Shown: positions 9,353-19,184 of the stretch, one piece after another
Numbering within the stretch: position 1 is the stretch's first letter
Layout of the letters: every line of letters starts with the position of its first letter
Assembly (NCBI GenBank): GCA_910586015.1
Contig: CAJUGJ010000013.1
Span: 24,578 to 88,577, forward strand
Reading direction: 5' to 3'
DNA: 64,000 bases
Source of the DNA: an uncultured Lachnospiraceae bacterium
Lineage (GTDB): Bacteria; Bacillota; Clostridia; Lachnospirales; Lachnospiraceae
Program-made: the position numbers and the translations under genes
Notes under the pieces: generated by a model
Databases searched by the model: none
Told to the model about the DNA's origin: nothing
Seen by the model: the letters and a program-made list of their open reading frames with translations, nothing else

Positions 9353-11719
9353 ATGGGGATTTTACAAAAGTTCCGAAAATCGATGGGGGCAATTTCGAAA
9401 GATACACAAACAAAGTTAGAACAGCAATGTGAACAACTCAGAGAACAATTAACACCAATTTTTAACGAATTGGAAGAAATTGATTTGACAGGAAAAGAAT
9501 ATCATCAATTGGAGGAAGCAGTACAAAAGAAGGAAAGTTGGGAAGAAATTTTAGAATCTGTCAAGACGATGGAACGAAGAGTTTATAAAACATTTAATTA
9601 TACAGCATTAAAGAAGGAAAGAGAAGAGTTAGAAAGAGTATGTAAACAGTTAGAAGAGCTCTTTAGAGATAATAATCAAAAATATTCCAGACGTCAGGCA
9701 ATGGCTTATTCTGTTAAGCTACTACCTGTGGAGGGACATCGTTTAGATTTTGAACAACTTTGTGTGATTGTAAATCCAGCAAAAAATCATCTACTTGTTG
9801 GAGGAGCTGGAACAGGCAAAACTTCTATCATTATCGGATTAGTAAAATACCTGATACATTTTCAGAACTATAGTCCAAAGGAAATTTTACTGCTTTCTTA
9901 TACAAAAGATTATGTAAAAGAGATGCAAAGAAGAATTTTAAAAGAATGTAAAGCAATTCCAAGAATAGAAACTTTTCAAAAATTAGGATTAGAAGTTATT
10001 GCGGAGGTTGAGGGAAAAAAGCCAAATAGTTCTATAAAAGGACTATTAGAGGAAGTTGTTCGAGAAACATTCCAACAGGTACTACAAAAAGAGTGGTATC
10101 AGAGAATACTTTTATTTTATCAACTTTATGCAAAAATTCCTACCAAAAGTTGGACACAACTTGGAAAGGAAGAGGAGATACAACAAAATTCTTTTACGAC
10201 ATTTTTAGGCGAATCTGTACAGAATCATGCACAAGTTCTGATTGCTAATTTTTTATTTCAATTTGGAGTTACTTATCAATATAGAGAATCATATCAAACG
10301 AATATAAATTTTAAAAGAGTAGGAGAATATTGTCCAGACTTTTATCTTCCAGAATATGGAATTTATATAGAATATTTTGAGTTAAACCACAATAAGAAGA
10401 GTTCAGAAGAGATAAAATGGAAACAAAAACTTCATAAACGTTATAAAACAATATTAATAGAGTCATATGGATTTGAGTTGGAAGAGGGAATATTACTTAG
10501 ACAGTTAAAGAAACGGTTGAAAAAACAAGGAGTTATTTTAAAGGAAAACGAAGAGCTTTGGAAAATACCTTTTGATTTGACAGAACAAATTTCTTTAGAA
10601 AGATTTTTTGTTACGATTATAGAACAGATGGAAAGTTGTCGTTATACACTTTATGAGGCAAGACAGCAAAATAAGCAACGACCTTTAAGAGAACAGGTAG
10701 CAAATGCGTTTATTTTAAAGTTAGTTGAACCACTATATGAAGCATATCACGAGGAATTACGAAAAAGAAACGAAATAGATCTTCATGAAGTACTTTGGAA
10801 AGCAACAGACTATCTTAAAAATAAAAAATATTATCATAATTATCAAATTGTGATAGTAGACGAGTATCAAGATATTTCGAATTCTAGGTTTGAACTTTTA
10901 AAGGCATTGCGTTTTCAAAAAGAGTTTCACCTATTTTGTATAGGAGATGATTGGCAGAGTATTTATCGTTTTTCTGGTAGTGAAATGAATCATATTTTAA
11001 ATTTCGAAAAAGATTGGGGTATTAGTGAGATTGACTATTTAAAAACAAGCTATCGACTTTCACCAAATGCAGTTAAGTTAAGTAGTCAATTTATTTTAAA
11101 AAATCAGAATCAAAAAGAAAAGGAATTATATTCAGGACTTTACCAACAAGAGGCAGCAGTAGAACGTATTTGTGCAGAAAATCAACAGAAATCCATGCAA
11201 AAAATTCCAAGTAGACTTTTAAAACTTTCCGAAAATAGCACAATATTTTTACTTGGTCGTTATATTACAGATCGAGATTATTTGTTCCAAATTCCAGATT
11301 TTGAATGTTGTTATAATAATGTCACAGGAAGATTAGAGGTTATATATAAAAAACGTCCAGATCTTCAAATTACATTTTTAACAATTCATGAGGCAAGAGG
11401 GCTTGAAGCAGATTATGTATTTGTATTAAATAATCTAAAAATAGGAACAGGATTTCCAGTAATACAACAAAATCCTTCTATTTTAAATCTTTTTGGAAGT
11501 GGAGAAGACTTTCCTGACGCAGAAGAACGAAGGCTATTTTATGTAGCGATAACTCGTGCTGTCTATCAGACCTTTTTTGTATTGGAAAAGGAAAATGAAA
11601 GCGAGTTTATTCAAGAACTTTCAAAGATTAGGGAGGGATATAATTATACAACAAAGTTAAAGAGTAAAGGGGAAGAAAAAATTTATGCAGCAGGTAATAC
11701 TTGGAAAAACGGGAATTAG
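9353..11719 (+). CDS. UvrD/Rep-family SF1 helicase, helicase IV/HelD-like, with N-terminal coiled-coil and internal PD-(D/E)xK/Vsr-like module
   Basis: Walker A GGAGTGKTS (aa 149-157). Other helicase motifs: VDEYQDIS, GDDWQSIYRFSG, TIHEARGLEADYVFV. Insert at aa ~285-372: VLIANFLFQFGVTYQY...YCPDFYLPEYGIYIEYFE. Confidence 0.8.
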   Translation: MGILQKFRKSMGAISKDTQTKLEQQCEQLREQLTPIFNELEEIDLTGKEYHQLEEAVQKKESWEEILESVKTMERRVYKTFNYTALKKEREELERVCKQLEELFRDNNQKYSRRQAMAYSVKLLPVEGHRLDFEQLCVIVNPAKNHLLVGGAGTGKTSIIIGLVKYLIHFQNYSPKEILLLSYTKDYVKEMQRRILKECKAIPRIETFQKLGLEVIAEVEGKKPNSSIKGLLEEVVRETFQQVLQKEWYQRILLFYQLYAKIPTKSWTQLGKEEEIQQNSFTTFLGESVQNHAQVLIANFLFQFGVTYQYRESYQTNINFKRVGEYCPDFYLPEYGIYIEYFELNHNKKSSEEIKWKQKLHKRYKTILIESYGFELEEGILLRQLKKRLKKQGVILKENEELWKIPFDLTEQISLERFFVTIIEQMESCRYTLYEARQQNKQRPLREQVANAFILKLVEPLYEAYHEELRKRNEIDLHEVLWKATDYLKNKKYYHNYQIVIVDEYQDISNSRFELLKALRFQKEFHLFCIGDDWQSIYRFSGSEMNHILNFEKDWGISEIDYLKTSYRLSPNAVKLSSQFILKNQNQKEKELYSGLYQQEAAVERICAENQQKSMQKIPSRLLKLSENSTIFLLGRYITDRDYLFQIPDFECCYNNVTGRLEVIYKKRPDLQITFLTIHEARGLEADYVFVLNNLKIGTGFPVIQQNPSILNLFGSGEDFPDAEERRLFYVAITRAVYQTFFVLEKENESEFIQELSKIREGYNYTTKLKSKGEEKIYAAGNTWKNGN

Positions 11720-12713
11720 AGTGAATAAAAATGGATTTGGTGCATTACCAATCCAAAGAATTTCAAAAAAAGACGCATCAACACTACTTTTAAAAGCATA
11801 TGATAATGGAATTACATTTTTTGATACAGCAAGATTTTATACAGACAGTGAAGAAAAATTAGGAGAAGCGCTTTCTTTTGCTCGCTCTCATATCATAATT
11901 GCAACAAAAACAGGAGCAGTAACTGCAGAAGGCTTTCAAAAGGATTTGGAGACATCGCTTCGTCTTTTAAAGACAGATTATATCGATTTATATCAGTTTC
12001 ATAATCCAGCATTTTGTCCAAAACCAGAAGATGGAAGTGGACTATATGAAGCAATGTGTGAGGCAAAAAAACAGGGAAAGATTCGGCATATTGGTATTAC
12101 GAATCATAGATTAAAAGTAGCATGGGAAGCGATAGATTCTGGTTTATATGAAACACTTCAATTTCCTTTTAGCTATCTTGCAGCACAGTCTGAATTGGAA
12201 TTGGTAGAAGCATGTAAAAGGACAGATATGGGTTTTATTGCGATGAAGGCACTTTCTGGTGGACTGATAACAAACTCAAAAGCAGCATATGCTTATCTTA
12301 GTCAGTTTGAACATGTTTTGCCGATCTGGGGAATTCAAAGGGAGAACGAATTAGAAGAATTCCTTTCCTATCAGCAAAATCCGCCCAAAATGAATGAAGA
12401 GATTTTGGCATTTATTCAAAAGGAGAAAGAAGAGCTTTCAGGAGAATTTTGCAGAGGATGTGGGTATTGTATGCCCTGTCCAGCAGGAATTGAAATTAAT
12501 AATTGTGCAAGAATGTCTTTATTATTACGACGTTCCCCTTCACAATTACAACTTACATCTGAAGTTCAGGAAAAAATGAAAAAAATAGAAAATTGCTTAC
12601 ATTGTGGACAATGTAAGAGCCGTTGTCCTTATGGATTAGATACACCAAAACTACTTGAGAAAAATTATCGAGATTACCAAGAAGTTTTAGCTGGAAAGAC
12701 AAGTGTTTGTTAA
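11685..12713 (+). CDS. Aldo/keto reductase fused to a C-terminal 4Fe-4S ferredoxin-type domain
   Basis: AKR N-terminus (LGKTGIRVNKNGFGALPIQR, DTARFY). Two Cys clusters: CRGCGYCMPCP and CLHCGQCKSRCP. Overlaps the helicase gene by 35 nt. Confidence 0.8.
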   Translation: MQQVILGKTGIRVNKNGFGALPIQRISKKDASTLLLKAYDNGITFFDTARFYTDSEEKLGEALSFARSHIIIATKTGAVTAEGFQKDLETSLRLLKTDYIDLYQFHNPAFCPKPEDGSGLYEAMCEAKKQGKIRHIGITNHRLKVAWEAIDSGLYETLQFPFSYLAAQSELELVEACKRTDMGFIAMKALSGGLITNSKAAYAYLSQFEHVLPIWGIQRENELEEFLSYQQNPPKMNEEILAFIQKEKEELSGEFCRGCGYCMPCPAGIEINNCARMSLLLRRSPSQLQLTSEVQEKMKKIENCLHCGQCKSRCPYGLDTPKLLEKNYRDYQEVLAGKTSVC

Positions 12714-12787
12714 AGTATAATATATTATCTGTGACTTATTTTTATTATACTCAAATAATTGGATAAAATATTGAAAAGAAAAGAGTT

Positions 12788-12832
12788 TCTGAAACGTAAA
12801 TAGAAATTTTATGTTTCAGATCTTTTCTTTTT
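12788..12832 (+). terminator. Probable rho-independent terminator after the AKR gene
   Basis: TCTGAAAC/GTTTCAGA stem (12788-12795 / 12813-12820) with a 17-nt loop, followed by TCTTTTCTTTTT. Confidence 0.5.
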
Positions 12833-12879
12833 ATACGATCTATGTTTAAATAAGAGTAGAAAAAAAGGAGTGTGAATAT

Positions 12880-14736
12880 ATGCAGGAAGTGAAATCACCA
12901 AAAAAACCGATACTATATTATTACTTAATTGCATTTTTAGTTTTAATGATTTTAAATGCAGTGCTGTTTCCAAAATTGATGACAAAACGAGTAACAGAGG
13001 TAGATTATGGAACTTTTCTTTCTATGCTCGATTCAAATGAAATTGCACAAGTACAGATTGAAGAAAATCAGATTATTTTTTCAGATCGTCAAACGCCTAC
13101 AAATTATTATAAGACAGGCATCTTAAATGATCCAGCATTAGTAGATCGGCTGTATAAAGCAGGAGTTACTTCGTTTGGAACTCCAATTGTAGAAGAGATG
13201 TCACCATTACTGAGTTTTATTTTAACTTGGATTTTGCCAATCGTTATTATGGTAGTTGTTGGACAGCTTTTAATGCGAAGTATGACAAAAAGAATGGGCG
13301 GCATGGGAAATGCAATGTCGTTTGGAAAAAGTAATGCTAAAGTTTATGTGCAATCTACGAGTGGTATTAAGTTTGCAGATGTTGCCGGTGAAGATGAAGC
13401 AAAGGAAGTATTACAAGAAATTGTAGATTTCCTACACAATCCCCAAAAATATTCTGAAATTGGAGCAAAAATGCCAAAAGGTGCACTTTTAGTTGGTCCA
13501 CCCGGAACTGGAAAAACACTGCTTGCTAAAGCGGTTGCAGGGGAATCCAATGTTCCTTTCTTTTCAATTTCTGGTTCTGAATTTGTAGAGATGTTTGTTG
13601 GTATGGGTGCAGCGAAAGTTAGAGATCTGTTTCAGCAGGCGAATGAAAAAGCACCTTGTATTGTTTTTATTGATGAGATCGATACTATTGGAAAAAAGCG
13701 TGATGGCAGTGGAATGGCAGGAAATGATGAAAGAGAACAAACATTAAATCAACTTTTAACTGAGATGGACGGCTTTGATGGGACAAAAGGAGTTATTATT
13801 TTAGCTGCCTCGAATCGACCAGAATCATTAGATCCCGCACTGCTTCGTCCGGGAAGATTTGATCGTAGAGTTCCCGTAGAACTTCCAGATTTAATGGGAA
13901 GAGAAGCAATTTTAAAGGTACATGCAAAAGAAATTAAAATTAGTGATGGAGTAGATTTTTCTGTAATAGCCAGAGCAGCAGCAGGGGCGTCAGGAGCAGA
14001 ACTTGCCAATATGATCAATGAGGCGGCATTACGTGCTGTAAGAGACGGAAGAAAATTTGTGACACAGGCAGATTTAGAAGAGAGTGTGGAAGTAGTTATT
14101 GCAGGTTATCAAAAAAAGAATAAAGTGCTTTCGGATAAGGAAAAGCTAATTGTGGCATATCATGAAGTGGGACACGCTTTAGTTGCAGCATTACAGACTC
14201 ATTCTGCACCAGTGACAAAGATTACAATTATTCCAAGAACATCAGGAGCGTTAGGATATACCATGCAAGTAGAAGAAGGAGAACATAACCTGATGACAAA
14301 GGAAGAGATTGAAAATAAGATTGCCACACTGACAGGAGGAAGAGTAGCAGAAGAACTGATTTTTAATTCTATTACAACTGGAGCATCCAATGATATTGAA
14401 CAGGCAACTCGTCTTGCACGTTCTATGGTTACTAGATTTGGTATGAGTGAAGATTTTGGAATGGTAGCACTAGAAACAATAACAAATCAATATCTTGGAG
14501 GAGATACTTCCCTAGCCTGTTCAAATGAAACGGCTTCTTTGATCGATCAAAAAGTGGTTTCGTTAGTAAAGAAACAGTATGAAAAAGCAAAAGATCTGCT
14601 TGTAGAAAATAAAGCGAAATTACATGAACTTGCAAAACATTTATATGATCAGGAAACAATTACAGGTGAAGAATTTATGGAAATTCTTCAAAGAAAGCCT
14701 ATACCAGAAGCAATAGAGGAAAAGACAGAAGATTGA
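12880..14736 (+). CDS. ftsH: ATP-dependent zinc metalloprotease FtsH
   Basis: Two N-terminal TMs, AAA Walker [12 protein letters not shown], and HEVGHA zinc motif. Confidence 0.95.
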   Translation: MQEVKSPKKPILYYYLIAFLVLMILNAVLFPKLMTKRVTEVDYGTFLSMLDSNEIAQVQIEENQIIFSDRQTPTNYYKTGILNDPALVDRLYKAGVTSFGTPIVEEMSPLLSFILTWILPIVIMVVVGQLLMRSMTKRMGGMGNAMSFGKSNAKVYVQSTSGIKFADVAGEDEAKEVLQEIVDFLHNPQKYSEIGAKMPKGALLVGPPGTGKTLLAKAVAGESNVPFFSISGSEFVEMFVGMGAAKVRDLFQQANEKAPCIVFIDEIDTIGKKRDGSGMAGNDEREQTLNQLLTEMDGFDGTKGVIILAASNRPESLDPALLRPGRFDRRVPVELPDLMGREAILKVHAKEIKISDGVDFSVIARAAAGASGAELANMINEAALRAVRDGRKFVTQADLEESVEVVIAGYQKKNKVLSDKEKLIVAYHEVGHALVAALQTHSAPVTKITIIPRTSGALGYTMQVEEGEHNLMTKEEIENKIATLTGGRVAEELIFNSITTGASNDIEQATRLARSMVTRFGMSEDFGMVALETITNQYLGGDTSLACSNETASLIDQKVVSLVKKQYEKAKDLLVENKAKLHELAKHLYDQETITGEEFMEILQRKPIPEAIEEKTED

Positions 14737-14827
14737 AATTTTTAGTCTACAAGTTTGTGTCTGTGCGACATTCACAAACTTGTTATATACAATATAAATA
14801 TAAAAGTCGCACAGAGATGAGGAAAAA
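14730..14827 (+). promoter_or_regulatory. Conserved intergenic element, copy A (interleaved inverted repeats ending at the mnmA SD)
   Basis: Arms A 14750-14759 / A' 14773-14782 and B 14760-14769 / B' 14806-14815. A near-identical copy lies at 61861-61953. Confidence 0.5.
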
Positions 14828-15913
14828 ATGGAAAGAGTAGTTGTAGGAATGTCTGGTGGCGTGGATTCTTCAGTGGCAGCATATTTATTAAAAGAAGCTG
14901 GATATGAGGTAATTGGAGTGACAATGCAGATTTGGCAGCAGGAAGATATGTTTTCCAAAGAAGAAAACGGAGGGTGTTGTGGATTAAGTGCAGTAGAGGA
15001 TGCGAGAAGGGTAGCAGAAAAATTAGAGATTCCTCATTATGTGATGAATTTTCGTACAGAGTTTCAAAGTAAAGTCATAGATTATTTTGCAACAGAATAC
15101 TACGCAGGCAGAACTCCCAATCCATGTATTGCCTGCAACCGCTTTGTAAAATGGGAGTCTTTACTTGAGCGATCACTTTCGATTGGAGCAGATTTTATTG
15201 CAACTGGTCACTATGCAAGGATTCAAAAACTTCCCAATCAAAGATATACACTACAAACTTCCATAACTGCAAAGAAAGATCAGACATATGCCCTTTATAA
15301 TCTGACACAAGAACAATTAAAACGAACAAAAATGCCAGTAGGAGATTATACAAAAGAAGAAATTCGTGAGATTGCTAAAAAATTAGAACTACCAGTGGCA
15401 AAAAAGCCAGACAGTCAAGAGATCTGTTTTGTTCCCGATCATGATTATGCTTTCTTTTTAGAAAGTTATACTAAAAAGAAAGCAGAACCAGGAAATTTTG
15501 TAGATCAAAATAATAAAGTTTTAGGAAAACATAAAGGAGTAATCCATTATACGGTTGGACAGAGGAAGGGACTGGGACTTGCTCTTGGTTATCCAACTTT
15601 TGTTGTAGAACTTCGACCAGATACAAAAGAAGTGGTTTTGGGAACAAATGAGGAACTTTTTGAAAGACATTTGATTTGTAATAATCTCAATCATATGGCA
15701 GTAGAAACGTTTCTTCCAGGACAAGAGTTTTTGGCAAAAATACGTTATAATCACGGTGGAGCACCATGTAAAATTTTAGAGGTTGGAAATGACTGGCTTC
15801 GATTAGAATTTTTAGAGCCACAAAGAGCAATTACTCCAGGTCAAGCAGTTGTCTTTTATGAAGGCGACTATGTGGCAGGAGGCGGAACAATTTTATCTCC
15901 TAAAAAGGGATAA
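14828..15913 (+). CDS. mnmA: tRNA 2-thiouridine(34) synthase MnmA
   Basis: VVGMSGGVDSSVAAYLL PP-loop and full-length MnmA similarity. Confidence 0.95.
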   Translation: MERVVVGMSGGVDSSVAAYLLKEAGYEVIGVTMQIWQQEDMFSKEENGGCCGLSAVEDARRVAEKLEIPHYVMNFRTEFQSKVIDYFATEYYAGRTPNPCIACNRFVKWESLLERSLSIGADFIATGHYARIQKLPNQRYTLQTSITAKKDQTYALYNLTQEQLKRTKMPVGDYTKEEIREIAKKLELPVAKKPDSQEICFVPDHDYAFFLESYTKKKAEPGNFVDQNNKVLGKHKGVIHYTVGQRKGLGLALGYPTFVVELRPDTKEVVLGTNEELFERHLICNNLNHMAVETFLPGQEFLAKIRYNHGGAPCKILEVGNDWLRLEFLEPQRAITPGQAVVFYEGDYVAGGGTILSPKKG

Positions 15914-16739
15914 ATTTGGATTCTTTTTCATGAAAAAGAGTGTAATACCGAAAACCTGCTTCTTTTAATAGTTCTTCTGCCTGTTTAAAGTTTCTGGCTA
16001 CTTGTTTTGGAGAGTGGGCATCTGAACCAATCGTTATAATTTCTCCTCCTAATTTACGATAACGTTTGAGAAGTTCTAATTTTGGATGGGGATTAGAAAG
16101 CCCATGAGCATATCCAGAGGTGTTACACTCAATTCCAATCCCCTTTTCAATTCCCTTCTTTAACCCAAGATCTATAATATCCAAATAGTCCTCTAATAGA
16201 TAGTTTCGTATTCCACTTGGAAAATAACGTACAATATAGTCAAAGTGACCATAGACTTGAAAGTCATTATAAAAATTTATGTTTTCAAAATTCGAAAGAA
16301 AATAATCATTTAAAGCTTCTTGTTCTGGTTTGTCTCTCCAATACTCTGACTCATAAGGGTCAATATAGTTTAATACATGAGTAGAACCAATACAAAAGTC
16401 AAATGGATATAAGGAAAGTAATTTTTGATAATAGGATTTTGTTTTTTCTTTTTGTTGTGGTTCATTGCGAAGTCCAAGCTCTATTCCGATTCCAATATCA
16501 ATTTGTTTTTTATAAATTTCTTTATAATGAGTAAGGGCAGTAAAATATGCCTCTGGATTTAATTCAAATTCCTTTTTACCAGAAGGAAGTGTTTGATGAG
16601 AGGGATAATCATAGTCCATATGATCAGTAATACAGCAGTATTTTAGTCCATTCGAAATGGCTGCTTCAATCATAGACTCAACACTAGCAAGAGAATCCGT
16701 AGAAAATGAAGTGTGCATATGATAATCTGCTTGTATCAT
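15900..16739 (-). CDS. Histidinol-phosphatase-family PHP domain protein (HisJ-like)
   Basis: N-terminal DYHMHTSFSTDS PHP motif and about 280 aa. Convergent 14-nt overlap with mnmA. Confidence 0.75.
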   Translation of the reverse strand: MIQADYHMHTSFSTDSLASVESMIEAAISNGLKYCCITDHMDYDYPSHQTLPSGKKEFELNPEAYFTALTHYKEIYKKQIDIGIGIELGLRNEPQQKEKTKSYYQKLLSLYPFDFCIGSTHVLNYIDPYESEYWRDKPEQEALNDYFLSNFENINFYNDFQVYGHFDYIVRYFPSGIRNYLLEDYLDIIDLGLKKGIEKGIGIECNTSGYAHGLSNPHPKLELLKRYRKLGGEIITIGSDAHSPKQVARNFKQAEELLKEAGFRYYTLFHEKESKFIPF

Positions 16740-16761
16740 CAGTAAAATCTCCTTTTAAATT

Positions 16762-18537
16762 TTAGTCGCTAATCAAAGTTAAAGCCGAAATATCTGGTTT
16801 AACAACAAGGGAATAATTTGTATAGTAGACAACAAAACCAGGTTTTGACCCATTTGGCTTTTTCACATTTTTTCGTTCTAAATAGTCGATTTCTACTTTA
16901 TCACTGGTTCTGTTTTTGGAATAATATGCTGCCAATGCGCCTGCTTCTTCAAAAACTCGATCAGGAAGAGATTCACCTTCAAATTTAACCACAACATGAG
17001 AACCCGGAATTCCTTTAGCATGAAACCACCAGTCTGTACCATTAGCAAAATGAAAAGTAAGTTCATCATTTTGGAAATTATTTTTTCCTACATACATATG
17101 ATATCCGTCAGAGGAGAGATAATGAAGAGGACGACTTGTGACTTTTACCTTTTTTTCTTTCTTTTTCCCTGAACGGAGAGAAGCATTTTTTTCATGGCGT
17201 TTCATATAGCCATATTCAATTAATTCTTCTTTTATCTGTGTGAGATCTTCTTCCTTTTGTGCAATCTCTAAAGCTGTTCGAATAGAGTCTAAATGTTCTA
17301 ATTCAGATTTTGTTTCTACGATTAAAGAGGATAGGGCTTCATAGGTTCGCTTTAATTTACTGTATTTTTCAAAATATTTTTTGGCATTTTCCATCGGTGT
17401 AAGAGTTGGATCGAGTGGAATAGTAATATCTGTTCCATCATAGTAATTGACAGTTTTTAATTCTTTTTCGCCTAGTGTAATCTGATATCCATAAGTCGTT
17501 AAGAGTTCTCCATAAATTCTATATTTTTCCCGCTTTTTTGTATCTTTTAATTGCTTTAATTGCAGATCATATTTTTTTGAATCTCGTTCAATAACATTAG
17601 ATACTACTCTTCTAAGATCGGCAGATTTTTGACGGATACGGGTAATTTTATCTTTGACAGCATAAAATTGTTCTAATAATTCACTGATAGAAGAAAAGGA
17701 TACAATCGTTAAATTAGGATCTTCCTGATAGCAGGTTAGAGAAATACAGGAAAATTCTAATGGTTCTTTATCACGGTAAATAATATTAGGAGTAAATTGT
17801 TGATTATTAATTGGTTCCATAAAACGGGTTAAACAACCATATAGATGTTGTTTTGCAGACTCGTTTAAAGCACTGACAGATTCTTGAGCATCCATACCTG
17901 CACGATAACAAAGTTCATTAGCAATAAGTGGACTAACACCTGTAAGAGAAGAATAGAGTGCTTTTTCTAAAGAAAATGGATTTTTTTGTATACCAAGACA
18001 AAAATCTTCATAGCTGACACAAAGAGGATTTTTCTTTTCTTCTGCTTTTGGAATAAACCATGTACGACCAGGTAGTACTTCTCTGACAGAACTGACAAAA
18101 CCAGAGATATGCTTAATGCTATCAATAATAGTAAAGCTACTATCACAAAAAATAATATTACTGTGTTTTCCCATAATTTCTACTATAAGATATTTTTTAC
18201 ATAGATCACCCAATTCATCGAGATGTTCAATTTCAAATTGAATCACTCGTTCCAGTCCCGGCTGTATAATCTGAAGAATTCTTGCACTATTCAAATATTT
18301 CCTTAAAAGCATACAGAAATTAGGAGCTGTCATAGGATTAGAGCGATTTTGTTCTGTTAAATAGATCAAAGGTAGGGCAGCTCCAGCAGAAATAAATAAT
18401 TTATAGGAATCATAATTTTTTATAGTCAGAACTAATTCATCTTTTTCTGGTTGACTGATTTTTAAGATTCGTCCTCCGATTAACTTTTGCCGTAGTTCAG
18501 ACACGATATTTGCAATTACAATACCATCGAACGCCAT
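16762..18537 (-). CDS. rqcH: NFACT-family ribosome quality control protein RqcH (fibronectin-binding protein A-like)
   Basis: MAFDGIVI... N-terminus, coiled-coil middle, and C-terminal NFACT-R/DUF814 (GIPGSHVVV). Confidence 0.85.
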   Translation of the reverse strand: MAFDGIVIANIVSELRQKLIGGRILKISQPEKDELVLTIKNYDSYKLFISAGAALPLIYLTEQNRSNPMTAPNFCMLLRKYLNSARILQIIQPGLERVIQFEIEHLDELGDLCKKYLIVEIMGKHSNIIFCDSSFTIIDSIKHISGFVSSVREVLPGRTWFIPKAEEKKNPLCVSYEDFCLGIQKNPFSLEKALYSSLTGVSPLIANELCYRAGMDAQESVSALNESAKQHLYGCLTRFMEPINNQQFTPNIIYRDKEPLEFSCISLTCYQEDPNLTIVSFSSISELLEQFYAVKDKITRIRQKSADLRRVVSNVIERDSKKYDLQLKQLKDTKKREKYRIYGELLTTYGYQITLGEKELKTVNYYDGTDITIPLDPTLTPMENAKKYFEKYSKLKRTYEALSSLIVETKSELEHLDSIRTALEIAQKEEDLTQIKEELIEYGYMKRHEKNASLRSGKKKEKKVKVTSRPLHYLSSDGYHMYVGKNNFQNDELTFHFANGTDWWFHAKGIPGSHVVVKFEGESLPDRVFEEAGALAAYYSKNRTSDKVEIDYLERKNVKKPNGSKPGFVVYYTNYSLVVKPDISALTLISD

Positions 18538-18709
18538 AAGTTAGACTTCCTTTCCAATTAAATTTTTATTGATGGTCTTTAGTATAACAGGAAATAAAAA
18601 GAATAACAATCTTTTTTAAATTTATTGTTTGCTATAACAGAAAAGTTGATTTATAATAAAGAAAAAAGATGAAAACAAACAAATTTAATAATTTTTAATG
18701 ATGTATTAT

Positions 18710-18738
18710 TTGACAAGCCTGTGGGGAAAACATATAAT
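18710..18738 (+). promoter_or_regulatory. Perfect sigma-A consensus promoter (TTGACA-17-TATAAT)
   Basis: TTGACA at 18710-18715, a 17-nt spacer, and TATAAT at 18733-18738. Confidence 0.6.
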
Positions 18739-18829
18739 AGAATTTGAAAAAATGGCTACTACAATCCTATTATGATAGAAACAGAACTAATGGTGTCTGT
18801 TAGTAAAATCGTAAATTGGATGAAAAGCT

Positions 18830-19184
18830 ACACGACATATTCTGTATAAAATTTCTCATGAGATTATTAGCGAAAACCAAGTGATAGTTTCGGAAAATTT
18901 GCAGATAAAGAATATGGTAAAACCATCCTTTAGTAAAATCAATATCAGATGTGTCGTGGTATGAGCTGGCAAAGCAGTTAGAATATAAGGCAATGGAAGA
19001 CAGTATATCAAAATAGATACGTTTTATGCCAGCAGCCAGTATTCTATGTGCGGTTATCAGAATGTAGCCACATAACAGAAATATCGATAGGGCAGGGACT
19101 GCCCGAATTTATGCCTGTGGAGTTAGTAGATTACGAGGATGTTGAAGCAGGAAGCCTATTGGTTTTAGACAATGGGTAGTCCAC
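18830..19184 (+). pseudogene. tnpB: Decayed C-terminal remnant of an IS200/IS605-family tnpB (RuvC/zinc-finger region) including the putative right-end hairpin
   Basis: Three frames together read HDILYKISHEIISENQVIVSENLQIKNMVK / NHPLVKSISDVSWYELAKQLEYKA / DTFYASSQYSMCGYQN / NIDRAGTARIYACG, broken by stops, frameshifts and a deletion. A terminal hairpin lies at 19155-19176. Confidence 0.7.

Noticed and set aside
13107-14958. Series of 63-105-aa minus-strand ORFs inside and just after ftsH (13107..13304, 13344..13550, 13749..14018, 14199..14390, 14432..14659, 14641..14958).
   Set aside because: All lie antisense to a confidently identified, full-length FtsH (or mnmA 5' end). None has an SD or a recognisable domain. 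Their compositions mirror the sense-strand codons, so they are typical shadow ORFs.
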